This document shows positions 1-10,082 of a stretch of 40,876 bases of DNA, piece after piece. Position 1 is the stretch's first letter; the number at the start of each line of letters is the position of its first letter. Both the position numbers and the translations under genes were made by a program. The stretch comes from Candidatus Dormiibacterota bacterium. Its GTDB lineage: Bacteria; Chloroflexota; Dormibacteria; Aeolococcales; Aeolococcaceae. The notes beneath the pieces are model-generated. The model saw nothing but the letters and a program-made list of their open reading frames with translations. It was not told the origin of the DNA and ran no database searches. The DNA is taken from assembly GCA_003170875.1 (NCBI GenBank), contig PMYJ01000035.1:1-40876 (forward strand), written 5' to 3'.

Positions 1-17
1 ACTTCGTGACCGGAAGG

Positions 18-587
18 CTAGACGCTCACGCCTGGCTGCACCTCGGCAAGCAGCAGGGCAACCGCGTCGTCCACATGCTGTTCCACGGTGGGCGAGAGGC
101 CCTCGCCGTGACCCTCCTCGGCAAGGGCGATCAGCAGCAGGATGAGACGCGGCGGCAGCCGTTCGAGAGCGCGCCCCAGGGCCAGTGCTGCGGCCACCCC
201 GAGGCCGTGGCTGCTGGTGCCGGCCTCAAAGCCCGAGACCGCATCCGGCGCGCTGGTCACGTCGATCCGGGTGACCCCGGTCGCCGGGGAATGTGCCCAC
301 CGGACGGCGTCCACCACCACCGCGAGATCGGCCCCCGCCCAGGCGTCGAGCAGCGCGGTCGCCTCTCCGCCCAGGGTGCGCACCTCCACGTCGGGGGGCA
401 GCAGCGGCCGTGCGCGCTCGACCACCGCGATGCCGGCGCCGTCGTCACGGCGCATCTCGTTGCCGACGCCGATGACCACGACGCGTCGCCGCGCCGAGGG
501 CGCCACCGTCTGGACCGCCACCACCGTCGCCGCTGCGCTCACGCCCGGTCGCCCCGCTACGGGCGCGGCACCCGCCGGCCCGTCCAC
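18..587 (-). CDS. [NiFe]-hydrogenase maturation protease
   Basis: VIGVGNEMRRDDGAG, VVVDA and SSHGLG motifs; directly after the large subunit. Start uncertain (GTG 587 or 542). Confidence 0.9.
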   Translation of the reverse strand: MDGPAGAAPVAGRPGVSAAATVVAVQTVAPSARRRVVVIGVGNEMRRDDGAGIAVVERARPLLPPDVEVRTLGGEATALLDAWAGADLAVVVDAVRWAHSPATGVTRIDVTSAPDAVSGFEAGTSSHGLGVAAALALGRALERLPPRLILLLIALAEEGHGEGLSPTVEQHVDDAVALLLAEVQPGVSV

Positions 588-588
588 C

Positions 589-1884
589 TCATCGCCGCTC
601 GACGGTGAAGTCGAGGAAGTGGGTGGAGCAGGAGATGCAGGGGTCGTAGTTGCGGATCGACTGCTCGCAGAGGTGCTGCAGGTCATGGTCGTCCAGCTCC
701 AGGTTGGCGGTCACCAGCTTGCGCAGGTCGGCCTCGATCGCGTCCTGGTTCTGGGCGGTGGGGGGGACGATGTCGGCCTCCAGGATGGTCCCCTCGTCGT
801 CGATGCTGTAGCGGTGGTAGAGGATGCCGCGGGGCGCCTCGGTGGCGCCGTGGCCGACACCCGCTCGCGGCTCGACCGGGACCGCCGGCCGGTCGGGCTC
901 GGAGTACTCCTCGATGATCCTCACCGCCTCGTCGCAGGCGGCGACGGTTTCGACGGCCCGGACCACGATGCTGCGGAAGGGGTTGCGGCACTCCTTCCCG
1001 AGTCCCGCCTCCGTGGCCGCTTCACGTGCCACCGCGGGCAGCTGGTCGTAGTTGAGGGTGTAGCGCGCCAGCGGGCCCACCAGGTAGCGGCCGCGCTCGA
1101 TGATGTGGCCGTGGAGCGAGGTCGAATGGGGGACGTGCTCCTCGACGATGTGCTCCAGGAACTCAGCCACCTCGATGTCGAGACCGCGGTCGGAGACCAC
1201 CCGCCCCTGCGTGATCGCGTACTCGTCGGGATGGTGGAGCGCCACCAGCTCGTGGTCGACCTCGAGGTCGGGGAAGTCGAAGCCGGAGACCCAGCGCACC
1301 GTATCCAGGGCGGCGTCGCGCGCCCAGCGCAGCCTCTCTGCGAGCGGGCGCAGCTCCCGCTTGGTGGGCGCGCGGTAGAAGCCGCCGAGCCGGACGTTGA
1401 TGGGGTGGATCGCGCGGCCGCCGACGATCTCCATGATGTCGTTGCCGACCTTCTTGAGCTGGAGGGCCTTCTCGACGACGTCGCGATGGTCCTTGGCCAG
1501 CTCCAGGGCGCTGCCGGCGCCGAGGAAATCGGGAGCGTGCAGGAAGTAGATGTGGAGCACGTGGCTCTCGATCCACTCCCCGCAGTAGAGGAGGCGGCGC
1601 AGGGCGCGGAGCGGCTCGTCGAGGACGGCGCCGCACGCCTGCTCGATCGCCTGGCAGGAGCTCATCTGGTAGGCGACCGGGCAGATCCCGCAGATGCGAG
1701 CGGTGATGTCGGGGGGCTCAGTGTAGGCGCGGCCGCGCAGGAACGCCTCGAAGAAGCGGGGCGGCTCGTAGATGCGCAGGCGAACGTCGGTGACCTCGCC
1801 GTCGGTGACGACCACGTGCATGGCACCCTCGCCCTCGACCCGGGCGAGCCCCTCGACGGTGAGATCGCGAATCTTGTGAGTCAC
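589..1884 (-). CDS. hyhL: Group 3b [NiFe]-hydrogenase large (alpha) subunit
   Basis: ARVEGEG, L1 [11 protein letters not shown]2 DPCISCSTH plus short C-terminal extension; GTG start overlaps the delta stop (GTGA). Confidence 0.95.
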   Translation of the reverse strand: MTHKIRDLTVEGLARVEGEGAMHVVVTDGEVTDVRLRIYEPPRFFEAFLRGRAYTEPPDITARICGICPVAYQMSSCQAIEQACGAVLDEPLRALRRLLYCGEWIESHVLHIYFLHAPDFLGAGSALELAKDHRDVVEKALQLKKVGNDIMEIVGGRAIHPINVRLGGFYRAPTKRELRPLAERLRWARDAALDTVRWVSGFDFPDLEVDHELVALHHPDEYAITQGRVVSDRGLDIEVAEFLEHIVEEHVPHSTSLHGHIIERGRYLVGPLARYTLNYDQLPAVAREAATEAGLGKECRNPFRSIVVRAVETVAACDEAVRIIEEYSEPDRPAVPVEPRAGVGHGATEAPRGILYHRYSIDDEGTILEADIVPPTAQNQDAIEADLRKLVTANLELDDHDLQHLCEQSIRNYDPCISCSTHFLDFTVERR

Positions 1885-2675
1885 AGGCGTCCTGCCCCCT
1901 TCTCCTCGGCCCGGCTCGCCGCCTCGAAGGCGGGGGCGGTGGCGTTGAAGGTGCGGAAGAGCCGCATCACGGTGCCATCGTCCATTCCCCCGGAATGGAG
2001 GGCGGCGGAGAGCGAGGCCGCGTTGGGTGTCTCCATCGGCCCGAAGCAGCCGTAGCAGCCGCGCTCGAAGCTGGGGCAGATGGCGCCGCAGCCCGCCTGG
2101 GTGACCGGGCCGAGGCAGCCCGTGCCATGGGCGACCATCACGCAGACGTTGCCCCGGCGCTTGCACTCGAGGCAGACGCTGTGGGTGCGGATGTCGGGCT
2201 TGCGCTTGCGCAGGAATGCGCTGAGGACCTCCAGAAGCTGTCCCCGGTCCACTGGGCACCCGCGCAGCTCAAAGTCCACCGGAACGTGGGCGGAGATGGG
2301 GGTCGAGCTCTCGAGCGTCGAGAGGTACTCGGGGTGGGCGTAGACCACGGAGGCGAACTCATCCACCGCCGTGAAATTGCGCAGCGCCTGGATGCCGCCG
2401 GCGGTGGCGCAGGCGCCGATCGCGACCAGGTGTCGGGAGACCCGCCGGACCTCCTGGATCCGCTCCGCATCCTGGGGGGTCGTCACCGAGCCCTCCACCA
2501 GGGACACATCGTAGGGGCCCTCGACGACCGCCGACGATGCCTCCAGGAAGTGGGCGATCTCGACGGCGCCCGCGACGGCGAGCAGCTCGTCCTCGCAATC
2601 GAGCAGGGAGAGCTGGCAGCCGTCGCAGGAGGCGAACTTCCAGACCGCGAGCTTCGGGGTCGAGTGCACTGCCAC
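1881..2675 (-). CDS. hyhS: Group 3b [NiFe]-hydrogenase small (delta) subunit
   Basis: [22 protein letters not shown]...CLGPVT..GCGAICP...CYGC Fe-S motifs; GTG start overlaps the gamma TAG. Confidence 0.93.
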   Translation of the reverse strand: MAVHSTPKLAVWKFASCDGCQLSLLDCEDELLAVAGAVEIAHFLEASSAVVEGPYDVSLVEGSVTTPQDAERIQEVRRVSRHLVAIGACATAGGIQALRNFTAVDEFASVVYAHPEYLSTLESSTPISAHVPVDFELRGCPVDRGQLLEVLSAFLRKRKPDIRTHSVCLECKRRGNVCVMVAHGTGCLGPVTQAGCGAICPSFERGCYGCFGPMETPNAASLSAALHSGGMDDGTVMRLFRTFNATAPAFEAASRAEEKGAGRL

Positions 2676-3526
2676 TAGAGCTCCCTCCGGGCAACCAGCG
2701 GGCCGACCCGCGACCAGGGGAAGACGGGTCCGTTGAGGCAGATCAGCACCGGCCCGAGCTGGCAGTGGCCGCAGCGGCCGACTCCGCACTGCACGTTCCG
2801 CTCCATCGAGACCCGCACCCGCTCGGCGGCGACGCCACGCCCGAGCACCTCGGCGGCGGTGAACCGCAGCATCACCTCGGGGCCGCAGATCATGACCGTG
2901 GTGACCTCGGGATCGATGGTGACGCGCTCGATGAGTGTGGGCACCACTCCCACCTCGCCCTTCCAGGCGGCGGTCGCGTAGTCGACCGTGGTGCGGACGG
3001 TGATCCGAGCGCTCGCCTGCCAGCTCGCCACCTCGCCGCGGAACACGATCTCCTCCGGAGAACGCGCCCCCACCAGGACGGTGACGCGTCGAAACCGGCG
3101 CCGGTTGTGGAGCAGCTCATGGACGACCGGCCGCAGCGGGGCCAGGCCGATGCCGCCGGCGATCACGATGACATCGCCCCCTGCGGCCGAGTCGACTCCC
3201 CAGTCCGTCCCGAAGGGGCCGCGGACCCCCACCATGGCACCGGCCTCAGCGGCGCAGAGCGCCTGACTCACCGCTCCCACCGCGCGCACGGTGTGCCGCA
3301 CCCGATGCCCCGCGTCGATGCCGCTGATCGAGATCGGCACCTCGCCCACACCGAACGCGTAGAGCATGTTGAACTGGCCCGGGGCCGGGGTGGCGATCGG
3401 CTGCTCCACCGGTTCGAGGCTGAGGGTGACGGTGTCCCCCGTCTCCTGGGCGCGTCCGACCACCCGGTAGGGAACCGGCACCATGGCGTCGGCGGCGCGA
3501 ACGTCAGCTGGGAGAGCCAGGACCAT
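2675..3526 (-). CDS. hyhG: Group 3b hydrogenase gamma subunit (FAD/NAD(P)-binding, 2Fe-2S)
   Basis: [34 protein letters not shown]...C. Start ATG 3526 inferred (3484 possible). Confidence 0.92.
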   Translation of the reverse strand: MVLALPADVRAADAMVPVPYRVVGRAQETGDTVTLSLEPVEQPIATPAPGQFNMLYAFGVGEVPISISGIDAGHRVRHTVRAVGAVSQALCAAEAGAMVGVRGPFGTDWGVDSAAGGDVIVIAGGIGLAPLRPVVHELLHNRRRFRRVTVLVGARSPEEIVFRGEVASWQASARITVRTTVDYATAAWKGEVGVVPTLIERVTIDPEVTTVMICGPEVMLRFTAAEVLGRGVAAERVRVSMERNVQCGVGRCGHCQLGPVLICLNGPVFPWSRVGPLVARREL

Positions 3527-3971
3527 AGATGTCGAGCATCCGCATGCGGACGGACTGGAGCCGGGCCAGCATGACCTTGGCAAAGCGCTGCACCAGCAGG
3601 TATCCGAGGTGCGCATCCGCGTCGCACTTGGTGCGCAGGCAGATACCGTCGAATGCCACGGCCGCCACGTCCTCGCGTGCTTCGGCGTCGAACTGCCATC
3701 GATAGGGCTCGAAGAGCCACGACCAGCCCAGCACGTCGCTGCCGTTGAGGGTGTCGATGATGACCCCGCCCCGGCCCGGCACATAGAAGCTCAGGGCGAC
3801 GCTGCCGCTGCGCAGGAGATAGAAGGTGTGCGCCGACTCACCCTGGGTGAGGATCCGGTCCCCGGCCGCGTAGTGGACGTTGCGGCCGCAGCCCGCGACG
3901 AAATCGAGGCTGGCCTGGTCCAGCCCCTGGAAGAAGGTCTGCTCGGCGATGAGATCGGCGATCGTCTTCAT
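3504..3971 (-). CDS. Stand-alone cyclic nucleotide-binding domain protein
   Basis: 155 aa from MKTIADL; GDRILTQGE..TFYLLRSGSV, GSDVLGWSWL cNMP-fold pattern; no HTH; ATGA coupling to beta. Confidence 0.88.
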   Translation of the reverse strand: MKTIADLIAEQTFFQGLDQASLDFVAGCGRNVHYAAGDRILTQGESAHTFYLLRSGSVALSFYVPGRGGVIIDTLNGSDVLGWSWLFEPYRWQFDAEAREDVAAVAFDGICLRTKCDADAHLGYLLVQRFAKVMLARLQSVRMRMLDIYGPGSPS

Positions 3972-5128
3972 GGCGTTGCTCCGGCTGGGAGGCGGGTGAG
4001 CCCATCGGTGGCGCGGATTGCAGACACCTCTTCGGTGATGTCGATGCCCACGGGGCACCAGGCGATGCACCGCCCGCACCCGACGCATCCCGAGGTGCCG
4101 AACTGGTCGAACCAGGTCGCGAGCTTGTGGGTCATCCACTGCCGGTACCGCGACCGCGTGGTCCACCGCATCGAGCCGCCGTGGAGCTGGGAGTGGTCGA
4201 CGGCGAAGCAGGACGCCCAGGTCCGGTGCTGCTCGGCGTGGTCGGGGGAGAGACTCCCGGCTTCCCGGAAGTCGGCACAGAAGCAGGTTGGGCAGACCAT
4301 CGTACAGTTGGCGCAGGCGAGGCACCGGGCGGCGACGGTATCCCACCGGGGATGCTCGAGGTTGTGGAGCAGCACATCCTTGAGGCCGTCCGCCGGGAGC
4401 GCCCGGCCGATCGCCGCCGCCGCTCCCGACCACACCGCCGCCGCGGCCTCCCGGTCGGCGGGGGCCGCGTCGCGGGTGGCGAGCCGCGCGGCGACGGCGG
4501 CTCCTCTCTCGGAGCCGATCTCGACGAGGAAACGGCTGCCGGCGGCGTCCGGTATCTCGGTGAGCGCGAGGTCGTGGCCCGAGCCGACCCGGGGACCGCT
4601 CCCCATCGAGGGGCAGAAGCAGGTCGTTGCCGGGCTGGAGCAGTTGACCGCGATGAAGAGCGCCTCCCCCCGCCGGGCCGCATAGTCCCGATCGGGGTAG
4701 TTGGTCTGGACGAGCACACGGTCCTGGACGGCGATCGCGGCAAGCTCGCACGCGCGCACCCCGAGGAAGGCGTAGCGGGGCACCTCGGCCGGAGGAGCGA
4801 CCTCGACGCCGTCCCGGCTCACCTCCGCCTGCCAGGTGGTCGAGACGGGCGGGAAGAGGAACCGCTTCCAGGAGTCAGGGCCGACCGCGTAGCCGAAGAG
4901 CAGATCGTCGTCCCGCCGCCGCAGCCGGTAGCGGCCCGGCCCCTGGTCGTCCGCCCACCCGGCCGGCAGCTCTCCGATCTGGGTGATCTCGTCGTAGACG
5001 ACGGCCCCGTCCCGGACCGTGGGACCGATCACGCGGCGGCCGTCGGTGACCAGCACGTCGATCAGGGCCTGAAGTCCCGGGCGGTCCAGGACGACGGGAT
5101 GGTAGTCGGTGGGGGCCGCAGGCACCAT
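3968..5128 (-). CDS. hyhB: Group 3b hydrogenase beta subunit (4Fe-4S dicluster)
   Basis: GVRACE, CxxxxxTCFC, CLACANCTMVCPTCFC, CVGCGRCIAWCPVGID. Confidence 0.93.
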   Translation of the reverse strand: MVPAAPTDYHPVVLDRPGLQALIDVLVTDGRRVIGPTVRDGAVVYDEITQIGELPAGWADDQGPGRYRLRRRDDDLLFGYAVGPDSWKRFLFPPVSTTWQAEVSRDGVEVAPPAEVPRYAFLGVRACELAAIAVQDRVLVQTNYPDRDYAARRGEALFIAVNCSSPATTCFCPSMGSGPRVGSGHDLALTEIPDAAGSRFLVEIGSERGAAVAARLATRDAAPADREAAAAVWSGAAAAIGRALPADGLKDVLLHNLEHPRWDTVAARCLACANCTMVCPTCFCADFREAGSLSPDHAEQHRTWASCFAVDHSQLHGGSMRWTTRSRYRQWMTHKLATWFDQFGTSGCVGCGRCIAWCPVGIDITEEVSAIRATDGLTRLPAGATP

Positions 5129-5162
5129 CGCCGTCAGTCAACGCTTCCGGCCGTGGATCGCC

Positions 5163-5243
5163 AGAGCCGTTGGACAGTAGATGGGACGGGACGCACGTCC
5201 CGGAATGGGCCGGGGCACACGGTCGGTTGGGACGGATGGTCCC
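5163..5243. promoter_or_regulatory. DosR/DevR-like boxes upstream of the hydrogenase operon
   Basis: GGGAC-gcac-GTCCC at 5188-5201; GGGAC-ggatg-GTCCC at 5229-5243; degenerate box at 5163-5176. Matches the GGGAC-N4-GTCCC core of the mycobacterial DosR box. Confidence 0.55.
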
Positions 5244-5332
5244 CGTCAGGCGGGGAGGCGCGACTCGCCGCGGTCCGGTGACGTTTCGGTTGTGTCCGTT
5301 TCCGGGCCGTTCGCGCGGGGCAGACTGGCCGC

Positions 5333-6778
5333 ATGTGGAACCAGGCTCGTCGGGGGGCGGCGATCGCGGGGGGGACAGCCATCGTCGCCCTGTTTCTCCT
5401 CACGGTCGGGGGCGGAGGCTACGTGGCGCCCAGCACTGGCGGGCCTACGGCAAGGGTATCGGACAGCCCGCGCGTCCCGGCGGCGGGCGCGGGCGCGGCA
5501 ACCGGCGGAACGGTGTCCGCGACGCCCGGGTCGACGCTGCCGGCGTCTCCCGGCGCCACCTCGACCGCGGCGGCATCGGCGTCCGCGACCCCCACGCCGG
5601 GCAGCTCACGGCCCTCTGCGTCCGCGAGCTCCACGCCGAGCACCTCACGGCCCTCGACGTCCACGCCATCGCCCTCTGCCGCGCCGGCGCCGGCCACGCC
5701 AGCGCCGCGGAGCACCCTTCCGCCAACCCCATCAGCCGGTGCCCCCAGCGCCATCCACGTCTCCGGCAACCGTCTCGTCAACGCCGCCGGCCAGACCGTG
5801 ACCCTGCACGGTGTGGACATGAGTGGGACGGAGTCCGTCTGCGCCCAGAACTGGAGCACGGATCCGTTCGGGGGTCAGCCCGAGGACAGCGCAGCGACCT
5901 TCGCTGCGATGCGCTCCTGGAACATCAACGCGGTGCGCGTTCCCCTCAACGAGGATTGCTGGCTCGGGATCAATGGGGTCGAGATCGGCGGATCCGCCTA
6001 TCAGAGCGCGATCGTGCAACTGGTCAACGATCTCCAGGCCGCGGGCTTCTACGTGATCCTCGACCTCCACTGGAACGCTCCGGGGACTCAGATCGCGCTC
6101 TCCCAGAACCCCGCCCCGGACGAGGACCATTCGCCCGCCTTCTGGTCGGGCGTGGCGAGCACGTTTGGCGGCTACGGGAGCGTCCTTCTTGACCTCTACA
6201 ACGAGCCCTACTTCTACTGGACGACCTCGGGGGAGAACGAGTGGCAGTGCCTCTGGCAGGGCTGCACCCTCACCCAGTACGTCACCGGAGGATCCCCCTA
6301 CACGGTCACCACCAACTGGACGACCGCGGGGTTTGACCAGCTCACCACCGACATCCGGAATGCCGGCGCGTCCAACGTGATCATGGCCGGCTGCGTGGAC
6401 TGGGCCAATGACTGCTCCGACTGGGCCTCGTCCTTCGCACAGTGGGGCTCGGGCGATGCCAACACGGTGGTCTCGTGGCACAGCTACCCGGGGGAGAGCT
6501 GCGATACCCAGTCGTGCTGGAATTCGGTGATCGCCCCATTGGCGACGGAGCGGCCGGTGGTCATCGGTGAGACCGGGGACTCGTCAGCCGGTCCCGAGAC
6601 CTACCTGCCGACCTTCCTGCCCTGGGCGAGCGCGCACGGGCTGAGCTTCCTGGCCTGGACCTGGAATGCGTGGCAAGACTCCGACGACGTCCTGGTCAGC
6701 TCCATGACCGCGGGCACGCCGACCGCGGGCGAGGGCGTCTACTACCAGCAGTATCTCCTCGACCTCAGCCTCGGCTGA
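5333..6778 (+). CDS. GH5 (cellulase family) glycoside hydrolase with N-terminal TM/signal and Ser/Thr/Pro linker
   Basis: GNRLVNAAG, NAVRVPLNEDCW, ILDLHW, LYNEP (acid/base), SWHSY, IGETG (nucleophile), AWTWN. Confidence 0.9.
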   Translation: MWNQARRGAAIAGGTAIVALFLLTVGGGGYVAPSTGGPTARVSDSPRVPAAGAGAATGGTVSATPGSTLPASPGATSTAAASASATPTPGSSRPSASASSTPSTSRPSTSTPSPSAAPAPATPAPRSTLPPTPSAGAPSAIHVSGNRLVNAAGQTVTLHGVDMSGTESVCAQNWSTDPFGGQPEDSAATFAAMRSWNINAVRVPLNEDCWLGINGVEIGGSAYQSAIVQLVNDLQAAGFYVILDLHWNAPGTQIALSQNPAPDEDHSPAFWSGVASTFGGYGSVLLDLYNEPYFYWTTSGENEWQCLWQGCTLTQYVTGGSPYTVTTNWTTAGFDQLTTDIRNAGASNVIMAGCVDWANDCSDWASSFAQWGSGDANTVVSWHSYPGESCDTQSCWNSVIAPLATERPVVIGETGDSSAGPETYLPTFLPWASAHGLSFLAWTWNAWQDSDDVLVSSMTAGTPTAGEGVYYQQYLLDLSLG

Positions 6779-6798
6779 GCTGCCTCGAGGCCGCCGCC

Positions 6799-7605
6799 TC
6801 AGGCGGTGAGGTCGCGACGCTCGTACAGGACCACTGACGCTCCGAGCAGGACGATCGGGCAGACGATCAGGAGCAGCATCCCGGACCAGGACACGCCGGT
6901 GGTGAGCGCCGCCGAGCCGGCGGTCCAGTGGAAGGGCGACACCGCGTTGGCGAAACCGGTCAGCCACGGCACCAGCGAGCCGACGATGCTGAGCGCGTAC
7001 ATCGCCACCGCCAGGGCGGCAGCACTGCCACCGCCGATCCCGACCGAGCCGGTCGCGGAGGCGACCAGGAACGCGAGCATCCCGAAGCCGACCCCCATCA
7101 GTGCCACCGCCAGCACGGTCAGGGTGAGGTTGCCCAGGCTGAGGGTGATGCCCTGCGAGGGGCCGACGACCACGATCGCCAGCCAGATGGCCGCGGCGAC
7201 GACCAAGAGGGGGGCTAGAGCGCCGCAGGCCTTCTCGACGGCCAGCCGAGTGCGCCGGACGGGGGTCGAGAGCAGGAGGTCGATGGTGCCGTTCTGCTCC
7301 TCTCCCGCCAGCGCGCGGCTTCCTGCGAGCACGCCCATGACCAGCAGCAGCACGGGCACGATGGCGCTGAAGAGCTCGGTGCCGAGGTAGCCGGGCGGTG
7401 AGAGGTAGCTGACGCCCGCCGGGATGAATGCAGTCCGGAATCCCTTCGGCAGGGTGTTGAGGAGCTGCTGCACGCCGGCGCCGCTGCTCTTGATGGAGGG
7501 GTAGAGGAAGACGTAGAGCGCCACCAGCAGCAGGGCCCCGACGCCACACCCGATCAGCGAGCGACGGTGATCGGCCAGCTCCCGGCGGAAGACGTCAAGA
7601 CGCAT
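6799..7605 (-). CDS. ABC-2 type exporter permease
   Basis: Multi-TM; GEEQNGTIDLLLSTPVRR motif; C-terminal YERRDL. Confidence 0.88.
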   Translation of the reverse strand: MRLDVFRRELADHRRSLIGCGVGALLLVALYVFLYPSIKSSGAGVQQLLNTLPKGFRTAFIPAGVSYLSPPGYLGTELFSAIVPVLLLVMGVLAGSRALAGEEQNGTIDLLLSTPVRRTRLAVEKACGALAPLLVVAAAIWLAIVVVGPSQGITLSLGNLTLTVLAVALMGVGFGMLAFLVASATGSVGIGGGSAAALAVAMYALSIVGSLVPWLTGFANAVSPFHWTAGSAALTTGVSWSGMLLLIVCPIVLLGASVVLYERRDLTA

Positions 7606-8605
7606 CGGCGACCTCCGCATCGTCGGCCTTGGCGGGGACGTTCTTCGCACCGGTGTTCACGGCAACGACGCTCCCCGCGTCGCCTGCCTGCGCGCCGCTC
7701 GCCGCGTCGGCACCCTCGGTCCGGTAGTAGTCGTGGAACACCTCGTCGAGGTCGACCTCGGCGCTGCGCAGGGCGTGCACCCGGTAGCGCGCTGCGGTCT
7801 TGACCACGGCGTCGAGGTCCCCGCCGGCCGTGATTGTCAGCGTCCGGTCACTCGCCGACACCTGCGAGACCCCGGGGATGGCCCGGAAGACGGCGGGATC
7901 GACCTGCTCGGAGAACTCGATGGAGAGCACGTGCCCACCCTGCTCGGAGAGCTCGTTGACATCCTGCACGGCGACCAGCCGGCCGCGGCGCAGGATGCCG
8001 GCGCGGTCGCAGAGGCGGGCCACCTCCGGGAGGTCGTGCGAGGAGACGAAGATGGTCGCCCCGCGGTCCCGCGCCTCACGGATCAGGTCGTGGACGTTCC
8101 GCTGCATCAGCGGATCGAGGGTCGCGGTCGGCTCGTCCAGGATGAGGATGGCAGGGTCGTGCATCAGCGCCTGGATGACGCCCACCTTCTGCTTCTGGCC
8201 GTGGGACATCGCCCCGCACCGCTGGCCGAGATCGCATTCCATCCGCCGGGCTAGCTCGTCAATCCGCTCGGCGGACACGCCGCCTCGCAAATGGCCAAGG
8301 TAGGTGAGGAGCTGGCGGGCGGTCAGGCGCGGGTAGAGGCGGAGGTCGCCGGGCAGGTAGCCGGTCCGCCGGCGCACCTCCACGCTGTCCGTGCCGCAGT
8401 CGAGGCCGAGAAGGGTGGCGCGGCCGCCGGTCGGCCGGATCAGGCCCAGCAGGCAGCGGATGGTCGTCGTCTTGCCGGCGCCGTTGCTCCCCAGGTAGCC
8501 GAAGATCTCCCCGGAGCGGATCTCGAGATCGACGCCGTCGAGGGCCCGCTTGGCGCCGTAGTCCTTGGTCAGCCCCTCAAAGACGATCGCGGGAGAGCTG
8601 ACCAT
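7595..8605 (-). CDS. ABC transporter ATP-binding protein
   Basis: Walker A GSNGAGKTT, signature MSHGQ, Walker B LILDEPT, SSH switch; start at MVSSPAIVF. Confidence 0.93.
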   Translation of the reverse strand: MVSSPAIVFEGLTKDYGAKRALDGVDLEIRSGEIFGYLGSNGAGKTTTIRCLLGLIRPTGGRATLLGLDCGTDSVEVRRRTGYLPGDLRLYPRLTARQLLTYLGHLRGGVSAERIDELARRMECDLGQRCGAMSHGQKQKVGVIQALMHDPAILILDEPTATLDPLMQRNVHDLIREARDRGATIFVSSHDLPEVARLCDRAGILRRGRLVAVQDVNELSEQGGHVLSIEFSEQVDPAVFRAIPGVSQVSASDRTLTITAGGDLDAVVKTAARYRVHALRSAEVDLDEVFHDYYRTEGADAASGAQAGDAGSVVAVNTGAKNVPAKADDAEVADAS

Positions 8606-8655
8606 CGCCGGCAATCCTAGTGCCCCGGACCCCGGCCCGGCCGAGGAATAGGCCC

Positions 8656-9999
8656 TCAGCTTGTCGAGGCGGCTGCACCGATGGCGGCGTCCAGCACCTC
8701 CATCAGGTGCATGACCCGCACATGCGGGGCGTGGCGCCGGGCTCCCACGCGCAGCTGCACCAGGCAGGAGACGTTCTCGGTCACGAGCACGTCGGCCCCC
8801 GTCGCCACCACGTTCTCGAACTTGCGGGCGAGGATGGCGTTGCTGTGCTCGGGCTGGCCGGTGGCGTAGCTGCCGGGGCCGCCGCAGCACATCGCCGCCT
8901 CCTGGAGCGGGGTGATCCGCAGCTCGGGGATGCGCCCGAGCAGCGCACGCGCCACTCCGCGCTCCGGACCGTCGATGGGCAGCGAGCAGGGCTCGTCGAT
9001 GGTGACGTGCCAGGGCAGCGGGCCCAGCGGTGCGCGCCACCCCGCCCGCTCCAGGTGGACGCTGGCGAGGTCGGTGGCGTCCGCCACCCGCCCCGCGTCC
9101 TCAGCGAGCGCCGGGTCATCTCTGAGGATGCGGCCGTAGCGGCGGACGTGACCCACGCAGCTCGCGACGTCCCCGACCAGCCCGTCCACCGCGAGCCCCG
9201 CCAGCCCTGTGACCGTCCGCTTCGCCATCTCGCGCACCGCGGGCCCGTCGCCGAGGCTCTGCGCCGGGAGCCCGAAGCAGCCCAGCTCGGGCGCCTCCAG
9301 CTCGAATCCATTGGCGAGGAGCACCCGCATCGCCGCCTCGGTGGCCTCGGGAGCGACCAGGTTCTGGTAGCAGCAGATCAGGAAGCCGAGCCGGCCGCGG
9401 ATCGGCGGGGTCACTGCGGGGAGGCCGGCCACTCGCTGGTCAGCCCGGCGTCGGGGCAGCGGACCTATCCTCTCCGCCATCCCGCCCACGGTCCCCATCC
9501 AACGGGTGATGCGCAGCCCGCGGGCGGCGGCGTGGAGCCCGGTCAGCTGGGCTGCTCGCGAGAGGCGGTGCAGGGTGCGGGTGCCCCCCGGTCGAGGGAG
9601 GACGCGGCGCAGCAGCCAGCGCTGCCCACGCGGGTAGCCCTCCTGCTCGTGCAGCTCCTGGCGGGCGCGGGCGACGATCGCCGCGGTCGGCACCCGGGGC
9701 GGGCAGGCGGCCATGCAGTTGTCGCAGCCCAGACAGGTCGAGAGCGGGCCGTCGGCGATCTCCCGCAACTCGAGGCGCCCCTCCATGGCGTCCCGGATCA
9801 GCGCGACCCGTCCCCGCGCCGTCTCCCACTCCACCGGGTTGACCTGGTAGGTGGGGCAGACCGCCTGGCAGAGCGAGCACTTGTTGCACCGGCTCACGTC
9901 CTCGTAGATGTCGGCGAGGAAGCGGGGCGGGGGCACGGCTGTCGACTCCCCCGGGGGCTCGACGAGTGCGTCCAGGGGAGCGGCACGGGGGAGGCTCAT
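8656..9999 (-). CDS. GlcF-like Fe-S oxidoreductase subunit (2x4Fe-4S plus CCG domains)
   Basis: CNKCSLCQAVCPTY, ARGR, CLGCDNCMAACP, CCGGPGSY, ENVSC. Confidence 0.85.
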   Translation of the reverse strand: MSLPRAAPLDALVEPPGESTAVPPPRFLADIYEDVSRCNKCSLCQAVCPTYQVNPVEWETARGRVALIRDAMEGRLELREIADGPLSTCLGCDNCMAACPPRVPTAAIVARARQELHEQEGYPRGQRWLLRRVLPRPGGTRTLHRLSRAAQLTGLHAAARGLRITRWMGTVGGMAERIGPLPRRRADQRVAGLPAVTPPIRGRLGFLICCYQNLVAPEATEAAMRVLLANGFELEAPELGCFGLPAQSLGDGPAVREMAKRTVTGLAGLAVDGLVGDVASCVGHVRRYGRILRDDPALAEDAGRVADATDLASVHLERAGWRAPLGPLPWHVTIDEPCSLPIDGPERGVARALLGRIPELRITPLQEAAMCCGGPGSYATGQPEHSNAILARKFENVVATGADVLVTENVSCLVQLRVGARRHAPHVRVMHLMEVLDAAIGAAASTS

Positions 10000-10082
10000 G
10001 GCCCGCCCGATTGTAGGGGGCGGGCGGAGCGGAGTCTCGGCAACGCCGGCGGCCAGCCGGTGACCGCCGTAAAATGGTGGCC

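Noticed and set aside
5480-5750. Repetitive GC-rich tract
   Set aside because: Encodes the Ser/Thr/Pro linker of the GH5; not a DNA repeat array.
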